Shown: positions 26,243 through 37,296, counted from the stretch's first letter. The stretch is DNA of 64,000 nucleotides from Marsupella aquatica (GCA_973895155.1 OZ316891.1:25171899-25235898), one strand, 5' to 3'. Numbers and translations are program-made. Notes: generated from the letters alone by a model not told the origin.

Positions 26243-27190
26243 TAGCTCCCCACTTAATTGTGAAGCGTCCTCGCGAACAACTTCATCTTCGTCCATATAG
26301 TATTTCTTGAGGCGGTCATAATGGATGCGAACTGGATATACCTCTCCCGTAATGTTGGCCAATTGTACGGAGCCATTGGGGAACATCATGGTTACTCTAA
26401 AGGGTCCTAACCAGCGAGTGTAAAGCTTTCCTGGAAACCTACTATACCTACTATCATAAAGTAGCACAAGATCACCGGTATGAATACTAACTACTTTTAA
26501 CCTTTTATCATACTGCCGCTTCATGATATTCTGTCTATACTCTACTCTCTCGGCTGAAATCATTCTCGCTTCCTCTAAAGCTTCTAACCTATATTCTCGC
26601 TCCTTTAGGCTCTCCTCCGCTGAGGCTCTTTCCTCAATTGTAACTTGAAATGTCGGTATCTCAAGTTGCATGGGTACCAGGGCTTCTTGTCCAAAGGTTA
26701 AGAAGAAGGGTGTATGACCGGTAGTGGATTTATAGGCAAGATTGTAAGCAAAAACAGCAGCAAACAATTTATCATCCCAATCGAGTTTGTTCTGAGCTAC
26801 TGTCTTGTTCAATATCTTTCCTATGATTCCGTTTGCTCGTTCTGTCAACCCGTTTGCCTTTGGATGGTAGGGAGTAGTAGGCCTATGTTTAACTAAATAC
26901 TGCTCATTTAAACGACTAATTATATCATTCAAAAAATGGGTTCCTCTATCACTAACTAATTCTAGGGGTGCTCCATACCTGGTGAAGATCTGCTCATACA
27001 TGAATCTAGCCGTAGTAATTGCATCATCCTTCGTTGTTGGTCTGGCCTCTACCCATTTAGTTGCATAATCCGTAGCCAGGATTATGTACTTGTTCCATCG
27101 AGGGTGGGTCAGTGGTTTCAGAGGTCCAATGTAATCAATACCCCACTTCTCGAATGGTGCCAGAGGTAGAATAGGGTGCAGTGGATGCCC
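26231..27190 (-). CDS. Integrase core and C-terminus (DDE, GPF motif), separated from pol by a frameshift near 27190
   Basis: FEKWGIDY, LVSDRGTHF, NGLTERAN and WLGPFRV motifs. The HHCC finger is at the end of ORF 27135..29486. The stop codon lies within the first 12 bp of the 3' LTR. Confidence 0.9.
   Translation of the reverse strand, partial: GHPLHPILPLAPFEKWGIDYIGPLKPLTHPRWNKYIILATDYATKWVEARPTTKDDAITTARFMYEQIFTRYGAPLELVSDRGTHFLNDIISRLNEQYLVKHRPTTPYHPKANGLTERANGIIGKILNKTVAQNKLDWDDKLFAAVFAYNLAYKSTTGHTPFFLTFGQEALVPMQLEIPTFQVTIEERASAEESLKEREYRLEALEEARMISAERVEYRQNIMKRQYDKRLKVVSIHTGDLVLLYDSRYSRFPGKLYTRWLGPFRVTMMFPNGSVQLANITGEVYPVRIHYDRLKKYYMDEDEVVREDASQLSGELCDA
26243..26255 (-). other. Polypurine tract candidate AAGTGGGGAGCTA
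   Basis: Purine-rich run immediately before the TG of the 3' LTR. Confidence 0.6.
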
Positions 27191-29462
27191 TTGGTCCTCC
27201 CGCTCGTTGACAAGGATCGCATTGTTTGATAAACTGATAGACATCTTTGTGCAAGGTGGGCCACCAGTAACCGGCATTTAATATCTTCTTAGACGTGGTT
27301 ACTGGGGCAAAATGTCCTCCGGCCTCCTCTCCATGCATGGCCCGTAGGACTCGTTTTACCTCTCTCTTTTCCAAACATCTTTGAATCGTGCCGTTGATTC
27401 CATGCTTGTGCAGTATGCCTTTAATGCACTGATACTGTCTGACCTTCCGCACAAAGACTGCGGCTTGCTCTCGGCTTAATCCTGGCTGTAATCTGGAAGT
27501 GCTGAGAAATTGTAAAATCTCAGGGTACCATGTACCAGCTATTTCCACAACGAATAGCTCCTCGTCGGGGAATCGATCATCGATGCAATCCGTGGCAGGT
27601 TTACCTGTGATCCTTGAAAAGAAGTCGGCATTGGCATGTAACTTTCCCGGCTTGATCCTCAGCTCATAGTCAAACTCCTGTAATAGCAAAATCCATCTTG
27701 CTACTCTGCCTATAAGGTCCGGCTTATTGACTAGGTACTTCAAACTTTCATGATCAGTATGAAAGATTACCTTGTACCCTAGTAAATAATGCCTAAACTT
27801 TTTACAAGAATAAATGACTCCTAATGCTTCTCTTTCCGTGGTAGAGTAGTTCCGTTCGGCATCGGCAAGCTGACGGCTTGCGAAGTATATGGGATGGTCC
27901 CTTCCTTTCTCATCCAACTGACTTAGTACTGAGCCAATACAGAAGCCCGAGACATCTACAAAAACATGAAAATCTTTGTTCCAGTCCGGTGCTATCATGA
28001 CTGGGGCCTCTACTAACATCTGCTTCAATTCTACCACCGCTGTGACTCGTTCGGGTGTGGGTTCGAAGTCTGCTCCTGCCTTGAGCATATTGGTTAATGG
28101 TAAAGCCAGCTTGGCAAAATCCTTGATGAACCGGCGATAGTAACCAATGCATCCCAAGAAGGATCTTACATCCTTTATGTTCTTAGGTTGCATGATATCT
28201 AGCCATACTGCTAGCTTACCTTTGTCAATCTCAATGCCCTTCCTTGATACCTTGTGACCTAGTAGCACCCCCTCGGTTACTGCAAAAAAACATTTATCTG
28301 GGTGTAACTTGAGACCCACCTCTCTACATCTCATGAAGGTTTTCCTGAGGTATTTAGCATGTTTCGATGCCTTCCCGAATACTGCAAAGTCATCAATGAA
28401 GATTTCCATGAACTTTCTCAAGTAATCATGAAAAATGTTCACCATTAATCGTTGGAACATAGCTGGTGCGTTGCAGAGTCCAAACGGCATACGATTGAAG
28501 ACATAGATCCCCCATTCCGTGATGAAGGCCGTCTTGATTTGGTCTTCCTGCCGAATCCTGATTTGGTTATAACCAGAGTATCGATCCATGAATGAATATA
28601 GTTCATGACTGGCTACCATGTCTAGTACCATATCAGTAAACGGTAAAGGAAAATGGTCTTTTAATGTTGCTTCATTCAGCTTCCTGTAATCCTGACAAAC
28701 CCGGATCTTGGGTTTACCATCGGGTCCAGCTTTCTTGGGAACTATCACAATTGGAGACACCCAGTCTGAATGCAGGACTGGAGTGATGAATCCAGCTTCC
28801 ACTAGTTTGTCGATTTCTGTTTTGACCAGCAGGGAATACTTCGGGTTCATCCTTCGAATTGGTTGTCGAAATGATTTGGCTCCTAACATGAGATCAATTC
28901 GATGTTCCCCTAGTGTTGGATCTACTCCCTTTAGATCTTGGTGACTCCATGCAAACACATCCTGAAATTCAATCAATAAGTCACTGATCTCTTTCTCGAG
29001 CTCAGGTGCTAGGTTTCTCCCTAAGTTCAGTTCTCTTCCCTCTCCTAAGTCGAGCTTCCGATATTGCCGTGCTTGGATCATATTAATCTGCTTCTTCAAA
29101 TTCGGGTCCAGTTCGGCTTCCAGTCTCTCTAATCTCATACCTCCATAAACTGGGATCTCGGCTGGACTAGCCGAGTTGGTCCCTTCCTTGGTGTCCATAG
29201 ATTGTCCCCCTACCGGTCTATTCGGTTTTGAATTAGTGGTCGGCTCCCCTTCCTGCCTTGGCTCTAGATCGTGTCTGTCCATCTCATCCACCTCTTGCTC
29301 CTGAGAGTTAGGCCGCTGTGCTCTCTCGGCTTCTAATAGGGCCTCAATTTGTTCTGCCCTCGTAATCGGCTTGTATGCCGATCCCTTGGTATTTAATTCC
29401 TTGCCGATGATCGATGGCATTGTGGACCCCGTCGGCTCTGCCACAACGCCTGCAGAAAATCC
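27135..29462 (-). CDS. pol: pol: reverse transcriptase, RNase H and integrase Zn-finger
   Basis: WVSPIVIVPKK, CQDYRKLN, YSGYNQI, MPFGLCNAP, FIDDF, DVSGFCIG, ERNYSTTEREAL, TDHESL, and H-x6-H...CDPC. Confidence 0.95.
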   Translation of the reverse strand, partial: GFSAGVVAEPTGSTMPSIIGKELNTKGSAYKPITRAEQIEALLEAERAQRPNSQEQEVDEMDRHDLEPRQEGEPTTNSKPNRPVGGQSMDTKEGTNSASPAEIPVYGGMRLERLEAELDPNLKKQINMIQARQYRKLDLGEGRELNLGRNLAPELEKEISDLLIEFQDVFAWSHQDLKGVDPTLGEHRIDLMLGAKSFRQPIRRMNPKYSLLVKTEIDKLVEAGFITPVLHSDWVSPIVIVPKKAGPDGKPKIRVCQDYRKLNEATLKDHFPLPFTDMVLDMVASHELYSFMDRYSGYNQIRIRQEDQIKTAFITEWGIYVFNRMPFGLCNAPAMFQRLMVNIFHDYLRKFMEIFIDDFAVFGKASKHAKYLRKTFMRCREVGLKLHPDKCFFAVTEGVLLGHKVSRKGIEIDKGKLAVWLDIMQPKNIKDVRSFLGCIGYYRRFIKDFAKLALPLTNMLKAGADFEPTPERVTAVVELKQMLVEAPVMIAPDWNKDFHVFVDVSGFCIGSVLSQLDEKGRDHPIYFASRQLADAERNYSTTEREALGVIYSCKKFRHYLLGYKVIFHTDHESLKYLVNKPDLIGRVARWILLLQEFDYELRIKPGKLHANADFFSRITGKPATDCIDDRFPDEELFVVEIAGTWYPEILQFLSTSRLQPGLSREQAAVFVRKVRQYQCIKGILHKHGINGTIQRCLEKREVKRVLRAMHGEEAGGHFAPVTTSKKILNAGYWWPTLHKDVYQFIKQCDPCQRAGGPRASTAPYSTSGTIREVGY

Positions 29463-32386
29463 ACTGTCCCTGCTACTGCTCCCCACTTAGCCGTTTCATC
29501 CAATTGGTCTACATCCTTTACTTCCTTCGGAATTGCAGCTAAAAAGGTGGATTCTATTGTAAAGCAGTCCTCGACCTCTTCGTCTTCTTCTTCCAAGTCA
29601 CCTTCCATTGGTTCTTGCCATAATCCGCTGGGGGGTACCTCTGGTCCAAAGACACCTTCTTCGGTTAGGTTAGTGAGGCATTCTAACCAACGTACTTCAT
29701 CGGCTGACTCCAGTCCACTATCGTACCCATCTACTTCCCTTATGCTTTTCCTACGGTCATCCTTAGTGTCCCAGGATACCGTGATAGAGGGGGTCCCGAA
29801 AGTGAACTGCTTTTTACCCCAATCTTCTATTACCTCGGCTAGGTACAGCCATGGCCTACCAATCAATAGCCGGAATGACGTAGGATTTACCGGCTTCATT
29901 ACTACATAGTTAATGCTAAAGAAGATACCTCCTATCTCTGTCTTGATGCCGGTTAACACTCCCGTCGGAATGACCTGATATCCATTGGCCATGTTCAACA
30001 CTCTTCCAGTCATCTCCGGTGTTAGACCCCACCCTTTTGCTGTTGAATCAATCATAATACATACCCCTGATCCTCCATCGATGGGTACCCGTAGTAATAA
30101 TTCTCCTTGAATCATTAATGGTAATGCTGGGGCTCCTTGATCTTCTTCTATCATTAGTACGTCGGATCTGGTTGCTACCTTGGGTAATCTCGGCTTGCCG
30201 AGAATAGCCTTCCTTAATTGCTTCCGGAAGTACGGGCTATTTTTCAATAGTTGACCTACTGTTGCCGAGACTCTAGATTCTAGTACATCTTTAGCCAGGT
30301 CATAGGGAACAATCGGCTTCTCTTCTGGTGGTGTTTCCGTCTTGGATTCGGCCAGTTTTGCCACGCTAGTCTCCACAGCTGTTGGGTCTTCCGAAGCAAA
30401 CAATGCTTTTGCTCGTTTTACATCCTTGGCAATGGCTTCGGTATTCTCCAGGGTTTCTAATTCTCTTAGTTGTTCCTTAACACTAGCCGTAACAGAGGGG
30501 TAGAACAACTTAGGATGATCTCGATTGAAGTCGCTATCTTGTGAAGGATTGGTTTCACTGGTGGGCTCATGGCTTACCTGTATTGCCGGAGCCCTCCCTA
30601 CTCCTTCTGTTGATGTTGACGAAGAGTCGATCCTTTCCTCCGTAACCTTCCCTTTATTTTTGGCCAGCCCATCCCACCTTTCCTTCCTTCTGGTAGATCG
30701 AGTAGAGACCCGGTAGCAATCATGATCTAAATCCTCCTCTGAGAAGGTTGATAGGGCTTCGGCCTCATCATCAGATGGTACAAACTCTGCCTCGGCATCC
30801 TCTTGCCATCCTAGTTCGATGTGGTTGATTTGAACTCCTCCGGGGGTAGTACCTGGCGGTAAGATCTTGATCGGCAAAAGCTTATGATTTGCGGCCAGGC
30901 CTGCCAACCAAGTAGGACATTGCCCTAGCATATGACCTTCCTGTCGGCATCCCATACATAGCTGAGCTGGTTGTCCATCACCCTGTTTGCGTGCATTCGG
31001 GCATTCTCTAGCAAAATGGCCAGGTTGACCACAATTATAGCACGCCGCAAATCTTTGCACATTCGGCCTAGGAGGTACTGACGGGTTCTGAATAATCCGA
31101 GGATACATCTCTCCTGGATTGTTCCTTAACCCTGACCACAAAGATGCAGGTCTGTTGGATAGGTCTCGTGCTCCAATCTCACTGATGCCGAAAACACTAT
31201 CAGCGGCATCTCCTAAAAAGTACTCTACTTCTCCCTGACATGGTCTGATCTCGGCCACATGCCAAACATGATTAGTATTAAGCTTAGGACACGCATCTTT
31301 ATGGTGTCCGGTTTTATAACATAAGGCACACCATACAGAGCTATCCTCCTGTACTACCTTCTTCTTTGGTTTTACCTCTGCAATGATAGCCTTAAGTTGC
31401 TCGGTAAGGGCTACGATGTTATCTGGTGGCTTAGCCTCCATCTTGACTTTCGTCTTCCCTCTCCTTCTGCCCTTCCTTTTCCTAGTTTTTTCTTCTTCAG
31501 AACTAGAAGATGACTCACTCTTGCTACTCCCACTATTCGAGCTTGACTTATCACTTCTAGACTTCTTGGAATGTTTCTTCTTCTTATCTTTTTTCTTATG
31601 GGGTGATCCCTCCTCTGATGAGGAACTCTCAGACTTAAGCTGTTTCTTCCGGCTTGTGATATCTGCATTAATGTATAATTGAATATCCTTAATTGCTTCG
31701 GCTAAAGTCTCCGGGTTCTCCTTCCTAATTGCAAAACTCATCTTCTGTGGCAAAGCATTCACCAACCATTGAAGTTGCATACCTTCAAATGCATTGGTCT
31801 TTGTACGTCTTACCAGTTTCTGAAAGCGTTGCAAGAACTTCCTGAAGGATTTGTTCTCCTTGAACCGAAGTTGTCCCAACTTCAGCACTGCTAGTTCTGA
31901 AGTTCCAATGGGTCGAAACTCCTTAACAAAGAGTGTTTTGAAGATATCCCAGATGGCTTGATCTTCCACATCTAATGCTCTGTACCAAGGCCTAGCCTCA
32001 CCCTTGAACAGGCCGGGAAGAATCTGCATCTTGATGGCCGATTCTCCATTTGCTGCAGCGGTTCCCTCGAAATCATCCAACCATTCGTCCGGATCCTCAT
32101 CTCCTCTCCCATGAAATGCCTTGTAATGTATGCGCGACCGCTGGCTCAATCTGGTCCCTGGCCTCTCGTCTGGCCGTGCCTCTGGTTCCCCCATGTCGGT
32201 TGGAGACTCACTTCTCCTTACCGACTCTTCTTCTGGTATGTCTTCTTCGACGCCACTTCCAGTTTCGGAGCTACCAGCTCTTTCTGCCCCTCTCAGTCGC
32301 TGTGTATCATGCCACCCGGCGAGCTGCTGCAGTCGAGCTCTCTCCCGTTGAATCACTCTTTCTTCCCTCGGCGTAAGGTCAGTCAT
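29393..32386 (-). CDS. gag: gag-protease polyprotein (997 aa; capsid, three CCHC knuckles, aspartic protease)
   Basis: CALCYKTGHHKDAC, CYNCGQPGHFAREC and CMGCRQEGHMLGQC knuckles; protease motifs IDGGSG and LLIGRPWL. Confidence 0.93.
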   Translation of the reverse strand: MTDLTPREERVIQRERARLQQLAGWHDTQRLRGAERAGSSETGSGVEEDIPEEESVRRSESPTDMGEPEARPDERPGTRLSQRSRIHYKAFHGRGDEDPDEWLDDFEGTAAANGESAIKMQILPGLFKGEARPWYRALDVEDQAIWDIFKTLFVKEFRPIGTSELAVLKLGQLRFKENKSFRKFLQRFQKLVRRTKTNAFEGMQLQWLVNALPQKMSFAIRKENPETLAEAIKDIQLYINADITSRKKQLKSESSSSEEGSPHKKKDKKKKHSKKSRSDKSSSNSGSSKSESSSSSEEEKTRKRKGRRRGKTKVKMEAKPPDNIVALTEQLKAIIAEVKPKKKVVQEDSSVWCALCYKTGHHKDACPKLNTNHVWHVAEIRPCQGEVEYFLGDAADSVFGISEIGARDLSNRPASLWSGLRNNPGEMYPRIIQNPSVPPRPNVQRFAACYNCGQPGHFARECPNARKQGDGQPAQLCMGCRQEGHMLGQCPTWLAGLAANHKLLPIKILPPGTTPGGVQINHIELGWQEDAEAEFVPSDDEAEALSTFSEEDLDHDCYRVSTRSTRRKERWDGLAKNKGKVTEERIDSSSTSTEGVGRAPAIQVSHEPTSETNPSQDSDFNRDHPKLFYPSVTASVKEQLRELETLENTEAIAKDVKRAKALFASEDPTAVETSVAKLAESKTETPPEEKPIVPYDLAKDVLESRVSATVGQLLKNSPYFRKQLRKAILGKPRLPKVATRSDVLMIEEDQGAPALPLMIQGELLLRVPIDGGSGVCIMIDSTAKGWGLTPEMTGRVLNMANGYQVIPTGVLTGIKTEIGGIFFSINYVVMKPVNPTSFRLLIGRPWLYLAEVIEDWGKKQFTFGTPSITVSWDTKDDRRKSIREVDGYDSGLESADEVRWLECLTNLTEEGVFGPEVPPSGLWQEPMEGDLEEEDEEVEDCFTIESTFLAAIPKEVKDVDQLDETAKWGAVAGTVDFLQALWQSRRGPQCHRSSARN
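29403..29462 (-). promoter_or_regulatory. -1 programmed ribosomal frameshift signal (G_GAU_UUU plus stem/pseudoknot)
   Basis: Heptamer at 29456-29462, 5-nt spacer, 10-bp stem 29441-29450/29416-29425 with one G-U pair. pol is in the -1 frame. Confidence 0.8.
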
Positions 32387-32432
32387 TACCTACGCTTCCG
32401 TTCTAACTTCATATCTCACGGCTTAAGAATGC

Positions 32433-32450
32433 CCCCTCCATCTAGCGCCA
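32433..32450 (-). other. Primer-binding site, tRNA-Asn(GUU) type
   Basis: TGGCGCTAGATGGAGGGG after a TTTT spacer; 17/18 complementary to the plant tRNA-Asn 3' end as I recall it (CCCCTCCTTCTAGCG-CCA). Confidence 0.75.
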
Positions 32451-32454
32451 AAAA

Positions 32455-35400
32455 TGTGGTGCGTCCCATGGCTCCCTAAACCCAAGAAACCCCCCAGCTC
32501 AAGCCGATTCCCGCAGGTTTCGTGCTTGGCGAGGCCGTTTCCACGGCTTAGCGGCATGGGACGCTGCTAACCTTCTACTACTACTATTAACATTTTACAC
32601 ACATATACTGGACAGATCCTTCATCGGGTCATGAGATACGTAGCCGGCCTAATATAGGCCTTCCCCTGTCTTCCCCTGTCTTCTTGTTAGGTATGTTTGG
32701 ATTCCGCCGCCGGAATGATCCCCAATAGGCTTGGTTAAGCCGCTAAGACCTCTCTCAGCTCGACACATCCAACTCTCACTCCCCTGCTTACTTTCCTTCC
32801 TTCTGTTGATGTGGGCACTCTTCACACAAGTTAATGCGACACACAAATAGCAAAATGACTCATTTTGACTGAGTCATACCATGCACTTGCCATACAAACA
32901 GTACATCTCATACACAAGTTCTGCGAACTAAGCCGTGAGGCCAACTCTATTCAGCTCTTAGGCATGAGGAAACATGAATATACACAAGGGTCACTGTATG
33001 ACTAACCGAGAGCTTCTCGTACTACTTGATCCCAGCCCGGCTGGTGCAAACTAAAAACTTGCTAAAGAAGAGGCCCTGAGCTCCCCGCTGCCCAGGTACT
33101 TATCCTGGTAGTGGATCCGCCATTCTTTGCATCGTAAGCCTAATCTACCTGACAGTAATCTACTTGCCCGAATCTACCTATGTACAGCAAGGCAGGAGCA
33201 CAAGTGTTGCTCCTACCAGTGGGACCGCAATCCCACTAAGCTAAGTGTCAGGGCCGCTCCTGGTTCTGATCCTAATCCTAAACGTGGAGATCCGCGCCCG
33301 CCCTGCCCACTCACGCCTCCTCCCTCCACGTCCGCCCTCCCTAAAAGGAACGGCGCCCTTGCACCGTCACGACACCGGTGGTGGATCCTCAATGGACGCC
33401 CCCAACACTTCCTCCTCAGCCACTGCCGTTGGCCCGCCTACTGACAGATTACCTGCCCTTGACCGAGTCAACTCTCCATCGGCCTGACTGGGTCCACCTT
33501 CGGCTTCAGCCTCGACACCGGCCTCGGCAATACCCACGGCTTCGGCCTCAGCCACTCCCACGGCTTCGGCTTCAGCCACTCCCTCGGCTTCGGCCTCCCC
33601 TTCCCCTAGGGTAGTTGGATCCTTAGCCGTGACCCTGTCTGGGGTCGGTGCTGGGTCTACCTCCTTGATCACCACGGCCTGTGAAGTCGTATTACTCCTT
33701 GACCCTGAAGGTTTCCGCTTCTTCTTCGTTGGTGGCTCGGCAGCTGGTCCCTTCCCCTTCCCACTTACTTCCGGCACTGGTGCAGTTGGCGCGGCTTGTC
33801 CTTCAGCAATTACCACCCCTGGTAACTGGTTTGTCCCAACGGGAGATGGACCTGCTGCAGCTAAGCATTTAAATACTGCGGCTTGTTTCTTCAGCCGCTC
33901 TGTTTGGTTGTCGGCCCGCCGCTGTAGGTTCTCCATCTTCCTCGTGATTTCCTCCAACTCCTCTTGGGTTTCATCCAGGTCCTTACGTGCCCCCTCCAGC
34001 TCGTTTTTGGCCTCCTCCTGCTCCCTGTGGGCTTCCTCCAATTCCTTCTTCAAGGTAGCCCTCTCCTCCCGGGTTGCTCTTAGCTCCTTGTCGAGCTCTG
34101 CAATGATGACAGACTCCATCTGGTTCATCTTGGCGTAAGTCTGTTCGAGCATCTCGTCCTTCTCCCTTAGGTCGGCCTTGAAGCTGGCCGTCAGGGACGC
34201 AAGCTCCTGCTGCAGCGCCATAATCCCTTGATAGGATTTCCCTAACTCGACCTCCTTCTGCTCAAGGGCTCCGCGGATTTTCTCGAGCTCCCCTTTCAAC
34301 GCCCATTCCTTTCTTTGGGTCTCCGCCATGGCCCGGCTGTTGGCTGTTATGTGGGCCTCCTCTGTATTCTTCAGCTCTTGCTTCCACTTCTCCCTCTCTT
34401 TGATCGTGTCGGCCAACTCTTCCTGCGTCTGAGTCAGTTTATCCTTGATATTCTGATTATCAGCCTGCGCGGTGTCCAACTGCCCCTGCATGATGTTCAG
34501 CTCATGTCGTTTAATCCGCAGTTCATCTTGGGCTTTCTTGGCCGCCCTTAGATCTTCAATCTCGGCTTCCATCCTCCTAAGCCGCCGAATGACCTCGTCC
34601 TTCTTGCTTCTCTCTAAAGCCACCGCTTCTTCTAATTGGTGCTTCTCCAACTGCTCCCTATGGAAAAAGGGTCCTACCTCCAACTCCTCTCCAAAGATGC
34701 CGAGCGCAAGTTCCCCACACATCTCACCATACTCCATGGCTCTATTCTTAGCGTAGGTGGAGTAAGTAGAAGTGATCGGCATCGCCCATCGTGGCCTCTG
34801 CTCCCAAGCCGTCCTGCGGATCTCTTCAATCGTGGCTAGAGGTTTGCTTCCTTTTTCGGCTAGCCGCCTGATGTCCTCCGGCCAATCTCCTCCTGGTAAA
34901 TCCTTTTCCTTAGCCAGGGCGGCCTCCTCCTCCTTCTTGATTCGCTCCTAAAATTCCTGCACCGTCTGTTTTATGCCGTCGAAGCTCGGGGGAGCAACAT
35001 CTGGTGGGGGAGACTCAGGGCTACTCTGCTGGTTGGGGTCCCCTCGCACTACCCTTGGAAGTGTGGGGACAAACCGGCCACAGGTCCTTACTCCTGGAAC
35101 GTGATGGTCCGACCCATAGCCGGAATTATCATGGCTGCAGTCCTCCACTGCCTCCTCTACCTCTTGGACGTCCGGCTTCTCCCTCTCCTCTTCGTCGGTA
35201 GGAGCTTCAGGCAATTCTGCCTCAGATTCGGAGCTTGAGGTTCCCACGTACATTCGAACACCTGGCTTGGATTCCGGCCTGATTCTCTCCTTGTCTCCAG
35301 CAAAGGGGTTTTCTCTTGTGAGCCGGTGTAGGCCTACCTCTGTAGTAGTGTCCTGCATTGTTGCCGTTGCCGTTGTTGTTGCCGATGCCGATTTCTTTTC

Positions 35401-37105
35401 TTTCTCCAGTAGTTTCAGCAGACTCTGCATGCCTGGTTGCTGCATCGGCAAGTCTTCCTTCCTGGGCCTAAACACCTGCTCGATCGTAGGACTAACAGGT
35501 GGTTGAGGCTTCTCAGCCAACGGCCTCGGCGTTGGAGCTTCCTCGGGTGCCCTTACCTGCAGGGGAAGTACCGGGGCAAAAGTCTGACCTCTGGCATACC
35601 GGCACAACAGCGGCATGTGATAGCCAAGCCGCGACACGCTCCCCATGCCGATTACCTGCTGCTCCTCCTTTAAGATCTTCTTCAATTGGTTGAGGAGGTA
35701 CCCGTTGTAGTCCCGGCTTGGGTCTGGCCTTTCTGCCAGATAGACCTGTGCCTTGCCGATCTCTGCCCTCGGCAAGTTACAATGCATGGTCACCCGCAAG
35801 AAGTCGATCATCTCTCCTATGTGCGGGTTGGTGCAGGTGTTCCGGAAGAAGCCATTCTTCGTTGATGGCCCGGGGAACGACCGGAACTCCTTGTCAGGCA
35901 GGGTCTTCCTGGTATCAACTTTGGTCTTATTGCCTATCGGCAAGCCAAACACTTCGGCAATTACCTTGGGAGTAAGATAGAAATCCTTCCCATATATCCT
36001 TGTGCAATTGGTCTCGGGTTCCCATGACCCCACGAATTCTAATAGGTCTGACTCCGGTACCTCCGGCTTCAGCCATGGTAATCTTACAAAGGCCTCCAAG
36101 CCGGATCCGGCCATGAAGCCTTGGTACTTCTTGGTCTGCATGGCCGTAAAGCATGCATCCTCCTCCCGTGCAAAATGTAGTTGCACCTCCACCGGTAGGG
36201 TTGCCGCCCAGCCCTTCCAGGTGTCATCCCTGGTTGGAATGGCCTTGATGGGATCGACCTCCTCCTCTTCGGCTTCTCCCTGCCTCCTGCTCTGCTGCTC
36301 GGCTGGCTTCTTTGGTGCCGCCGACCTCGTTCTTTTTGCCGGGGTGGCTTCATCGTTGACGGCTCCCTTCCTCTTCATCTCTGCTGCCGTGGAGGTTTCT
36401 CCTAGCACCGTTGCCTGGGTCCACCTTTCCGTGCTACCCTTTAATTCCCAGTGTATGTCGTTGCAGTTCTTGATGGCCTCTCGGATGCCGACGACGCTGT
36501 CTTTGCAAAACAGAAGATCGTCGAGTTGATTGGAAGTAGGCGTCCACAGGAACTCGTCCTTGATGAGTTCGCCTCCTAAGAAAGCCGTCTTCTGCAGCTC
36601 CCACAATCGAGCAAGCTCCTGCCGTTCTCGAGCTGCCCTTTCTGACTCCTCGTCCTCGTAAGTCTTGATGTACTCAGTTGCCCGTTCGAACAGGCATCCC
36701 CAGAAATGTGCCGCTTGATTGACGTTGCTCATACCCTCCTTAGGTCGATCGTCGGTATCTACTCTCTCCCCGAGTGCTTGCCTAAGCAGCTGACAGTAGT
36801 TGGCCTCCCGTAGTCGTCTGCCTAGTTCGTGCTCGCAAATGAGCCACCATCTCCTGCAAGCGCTCCTTACCCCTCTCCTTTGCCGGTCCTTCTTCCCGTT
36901 GATCCTTCCTAGCCGCCGACGCTTAACGCGCCCTAACCCTAATCGGGTTTTCACCCTCAGCCTTACCTCCGGCCTCTGCCCGGGTTCCATGGTTGCCCCT
37001 AATTGTTTATATTTTCCTTGTTTTGTCACTATACTAAGGTGTTCCTAGGGTGCCTTCCTGCTTTACCCACTTAACCGGCCGAGTGATTCCTGTCTAGGCA
37101 TCACA
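32455..37105 (-). repeat. 5' LTR of the full element (4651 bp)
   Basis: TG...CA termini, followed by the PBS. Confidence 0.95.
33367..36990 (-). pseudogene. LTR-A-encoded protein in the 5' LTR, one premature stop
   Basis: ORFs 34948..37029 and 33367..34782 are in frame. TAG at 34948 is the same codon as the stop at 24085. Confidence 0.85.
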
Positions 37106-37296
37106 ATCATGAAATCCCCTACCTTCAAACCAAATCGGCTTGCTACTTCATGCTCCTTAGTGACTCGAACACTGTCTCCCTCAATCTGACGAAAAACAAC
37201 AACATCCCTGGTTACTGATCGGATTATCACAAGAGAAGCCATGTGTCCCAAATCCACACTGGGAATGTTAGTCCCCAGGCCTTCGGCTTTATACAT
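37106..37296 (-). pseudogene. 5' coding fragment of the Mutator-like transposase gene
   Basis: ...FGLKVGDFMI| continues in frame as MIYEEREDG... below 21442 across the ATCAT TSD. Confidence 0.6.

Larger units (their letters stand above)
21443..37105 (-). mobile_element. Full-length Ty3/gypsy non-chromoviral LTR retrotransposon, family A (15.66 kb, ~9.4 kb of it LTR)
   Basis: Two ~4.65-kb LTRs; TSD ATCAT (21438-21442, 37106-37110); PBS; gag-PR; RT-RH-IN order; PPT. No chromodomain and no additional RNase H seen. Confidence 0.95.

Noticed and set aside
27135-27277. RH/IN frame change as a second programmed frameshift
   Set aside because: No slippery site, and the linker after CxxC looks short. 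A small deletion is more likely; the second copy ends before this point, so it cannot be compared.
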